Shown: positions 16,311-18,533 of the stretch, one piece after another | Numbering within the stretch: the stretch's first letter is position 1 | Layout of the letters: every line of letters begins with the position of its first letter | Translations under genes and position numbers: made by a program | The notes under the pieces: generated by a model | The model's database searches: none | What the model was told of the DNA's origin: nothing | The model's input: the letters and a program-made list of their open reading frames with translations, nothing else | IMG/VR virus record: IMGVR_UViG_2684622582_000009 | Source of the DNA: a virus | Lineage: Duplodnaviria; Heunggongvirae; Uroviricota; Caudoviricetes | DNA length: 18,533 bases | Reading direction: 5' to 3' (one strand)

Positions 16311-17261
16311 TTAACTATCCACTTTGCCATTTGCCGCAGATCGTAGATGTTTAAGAATTACATCTTCATTAGTTATCATAAGTGGTGGAACTTCGTCTAA
16401 ATGACGAACAAGACAGTCACGCCACTTCTCAGGGCTTATTTCTTTCCTTTCTCCCCTGCATTCATTTGGATACTTACTAAGTATATAAATTGCAGATTTT
16501 AATAGTTTCTCCCTATTGACTGCGTACCGTTCGGCACGTTTATTAACTTTTAGCGTATTTATATCATTGGATAACTTGTTTGCGGATGGTTTGTGCATGG
16601 GTCTGTCATAAATATATTTTCCTCCATTTATAAGAAGATTGTATTCATAGTCAGTTATATACATTTTGTTTCGGCTTATTTCATACCAGCCGTCAATATA
16701 AAAAGCTCCGATTTCATAATTATTCGATTTGCTAAACTCGTCACATCTCGGAGGCATCAGTTCGCATACAGAGATCTCCCAATCATCCCATTCTGATAGC
16801 TCCCGCTCATCGTTATCTATGAACGCAGGCGGAATTGCTAATAGACCGCTCCATCTTTCGATATCTCTTTCATCCTTCCCAACATTGTATCGCTCTATAA
16901 CTGAGAAATGTTCTGATTTGTATGAAAACCTCATAAAATACATATAGTTATCGCTATTTTTATAATCAAGTGATGATAAGCCATATGATTCGAGATTATC
17001 TGCCTTATTGCTCAGATCAAGGAGATAATTCTCATGTGCTGCTTTTGTATCTATATGAAAAATACTATCTGTTTCAACTTTAAGTAATTCTGGCTCGGCA
17101 TCTTCATTTTTTGGGTAATGGTAAAACAATTCAATAGGTGGAATTTTTATACATATTTCTAAAACCCCAATTGCTGCATAGTGTATTAAATCGGATACTT
17201 CACATCCGGCCAGTTTGGCTGCTTTATCCAAAGAATAATATTTATGCGCAGGTAATTTCAT
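16311..17261 (-). CDS. Hypothetical protein (316 aa), AT-rich, with a possible N-terminal HTH; sits between int and alpA
   Basis: Its ATG at 17261 lies 18 nt after the integrase stop, with a GAGAGGAAAG Shine-Dalgarno that spans the int TGA. The N-terminus YSLDKAAKLAGCEVSDLIHYAAIG looks like a helix-turn-helix. The DNA is visibly more AT-rich than its neighbours (not computed). Confidence 0.65.
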   Translation of the reverse strand: MKLPAHKYYSLDKAAKLAGCEVSDLIHYAAIGVLEICIKIPPIELFYHYPKNEDAEPELLKVETDSIFHIDTKAAHENYLLDLSNKADNLESYGLSSLDYKNSDNYMYFMRFSYKSEHFSVIERYNVGKDERDIERWSGLLAIPPAFIDNDERELSEWDDWEISVCELMPPRCDEFSKSNNYEIGAFYIDGWYEISRNKMYITDYEYNLLINGGKYIYDRPMHKPSANKLSNDINTLKVNKRAERYAVNREKLLKSAIYILSKYPNECRGERKEISPEKWRDCLVRHLDEVPPLMITNEDVILKHLRSAANGKVDS

Positions 17262-17279
17262 TATGAATCTTTCCTCTCA

Positions 17280-18533
17280 TCATGCTCTGATTGGCGTTAC
17301 GTTGTAGTCTTTTCCGCTTTCCAGTGCCACCAGCAGATCTGCCCACTGTGCCAGTGCTGCTTTACGCTCATCAAAATACTGATGACGGTTATAAATCCCC
17401 TCTACGCCCTTAATGCGATGATTGAGGCATCGTTCCGCCACGACAGGATCAACACCCAATGCTGCTAAATGAGTACGTGCGGTGCGTCGGAAGTCGTGAA
17501 TCGTGAAATTAGGCACATCCGGCATTTCGGCGCGAACCTTAGCCAGTGCTACGGGTAAAGTGCTTTCCTGAATATGTGGGATCATTCTGTTTTGCATCTT
17601 CCTGGCCGGAAGCACCCATGCGCTATTACATGAAAAGGTGTGTAGCTCTCTCAACCATTCAGCGGCTGGGGAAGGTAGAGGTATATCAATAGGGTCTCCG
17701 TTTTTGCTGCGTTCTTCCGGCAAATGCCATACCGCACCATCTAAATCAAACTCTTCCCATCGTGCGGCGCATAACTCCATCTTACGAACGCATAGTGCCA
17801 GCAATAGTTTAAATGTCAGTTCGTTTTGGCGGCTGAATCCTTTTGCGGTGCGCATAGCCTCGAATAGCCTGATAAGCTCATCGCGAGTTAGCCAACGGTC
17901 GCGGGAAACCTCTTTACCACCAGCATCAGATACTTCAAACGCTGAACAAGGGTTTATCTCCAGAGCGTGGCGTTTTATCCCATAGTCAAAGATACGGCGT
18001 GTCCAGCGTAATACATCTGTTGCTATCGTTGGTGCTCCTCGGTCAACGATACCTTTCAACATGTCGTCAATGTGGCGTGGCTTAACGTCCTCTACCTTCA
18101 TATGCCCAATGCAGGGGTTAATATCCTTATCAATTCTCCGGCGAAGGATATCGGGATGTTTCCATCTCGGAAGTATCTGGCGCTCGAAGTATTCGGAGGC
18201 CAGATCTGAAACACGCATGGCGTTTTTCTCAGCCTCCATTTTTGCCAGTGCTTCAGCTTTTCGTTCCTGTTTCTCTGCTGCTACGTCATAGCCAAGAGCA
18301 ACTCTGGCTGACAGCTCTTTTGCTGTTTCTCTGGCTTTTGATAGTGACAGTTCGGAGTAAGAGCCTATAACCATAGCCCGCTGCTTTCCTGCGAGCTTAT
18401 AGCGGAATCGCCAGAACGGGACTGTGTAGTTTTTGGGGTAGCAAATATAAAGGCCGTTGCCGTCTGCCTTGCCATCAAATCTGTCTCCCGCCTTTATCCA
18501 TGCGCGGATCTGCATATCTGTGAGTTTTGGCAT
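17280..18533 (-). CDS. int: P4-type tyrosine integrase (417 aa; complete, start codon is the last three bases of the window)
   Basis: The C-terminal catalytic region has HDFRRT (His-x-x-Arg) and IYNRHQY (candidate Tyr nucleophile), characteristic of tyrosine recombinases. The N-terminus (GLYICYPKNYTVPFWRFRYKLAGKQRAMVIGSY) resembles the P4-type integrase arm-binding domain, from recall. Confidence 0.9.
   Translation of the reverse strand: MPKLTDMQIRAWIKAGDRFDGKADGNGLYICYPKNYTVPFWRFRYKLAGKQRAMVIGSYSELSLSKARETAKELSARVALGYDVAAEKQERKAEALAKMEAEKNAMRVSDLASEYFERQILPRWKHPDILRRRIDKDINPCIGHMKVEDVKPRHIDDMLKGIVDRGAPTIATDVLRWTRRIFDYGIKRHALEINPCSAFEVSDAGGKEVSRDRWLTRDELIRLFEAMRTAKGFSRQNELTFKLLLALCVRKMELCAARWEEFDLDGAVWHLPEERSKNGDPIDIPLPSPAAEWLRELHTFSCNSAWVLPARKMQNRMIPHIQESTLPVALAKVRAEMPDVPNFTIHDFRRTARTHLAALGVDPVVAERCLNHRIKGVEGIYNRHQYFDERKAALAQWADLLVALESGKDYNVTPIRA

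Larger units (their letters stand above)
1522..18533. mobile_element. Integrative P4-like / PICI-like phage satellite (int, alpA, antirepressor, alpha primase-helicase, cargo, PerC-like); continues beyond the right edge, left boundary not resolved (between about 840 and 1520)
   Basis: Gene content and order. The int-proximal attachment site is outside the window, so the element boundaries and integration site cannot be determined here. Confidence 0.6.

Noticed and set aside
15212-18291. ORFs nested in the antirepressor (15212..15439), the 316-aa gene (16593..16796, 16729..16947) and the integrase (17638..17985, 18061..18291)
   Set aside because: Out-of-frame or antisense shadows of genes with strong family signatures or start signals.
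1-18533. Search for P4 psu, delta and sid homologues, and for a CD-NTase or reverse-transcriptase motif in the 361-aa protein
   Set aside because: None of the predicted proteins matches what I recall of Psu, Sid or the Ogr/Delta zinc finger, and the 361-aa protein has no convincing GS...DxD or YxDD motif, so these identities are not claimed.

Overview
The window holds most of an integrative P4-like / PICI-like phage satellite lying next to the chromosomal SOS gene dinD (1..825, minus strand, with its LexA box at 871..886). From the right edge leftwards the satellite encodes a complete P4-type tyrosine integrase (its start codon is the last three bases of the window), an AT-rich 316-aa gene, an AlpA-family regulator, an Ant-type antirepressor, a chain of translationally coupled small genes, a 918-aa alpha-type primase-helicase and, at the far left, a PerC-like regulator. 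No psu, delta or sid homologue is recognisable. Between the primase and the PerC-like gene sits a cargo segment of about 7.5 kb, bounded by inverted iteron arrays that share a perfect 46-bp inverted repeat. This cargo contains the two most interesting candidates: a three-gene operon (57-aa RHH-like protein, then 488-aa and 701-aa A/Q-rich proteins) whose promoter carries a canonical LexA box, and an AT-rich two-gene operon (361-aa soluble protein plus 145-aa four-helix membrane protein) that looks like a candidate abortive-infection or anti-phage module. The cargo also holds a small signal-peptide protein and a repeat-rich intergenic block. I could run no database search; calls for dinD, integrase, primase, AlpA, antirepressor and PerC rest on recalled family signatures, and everything else is inference from sequence features.
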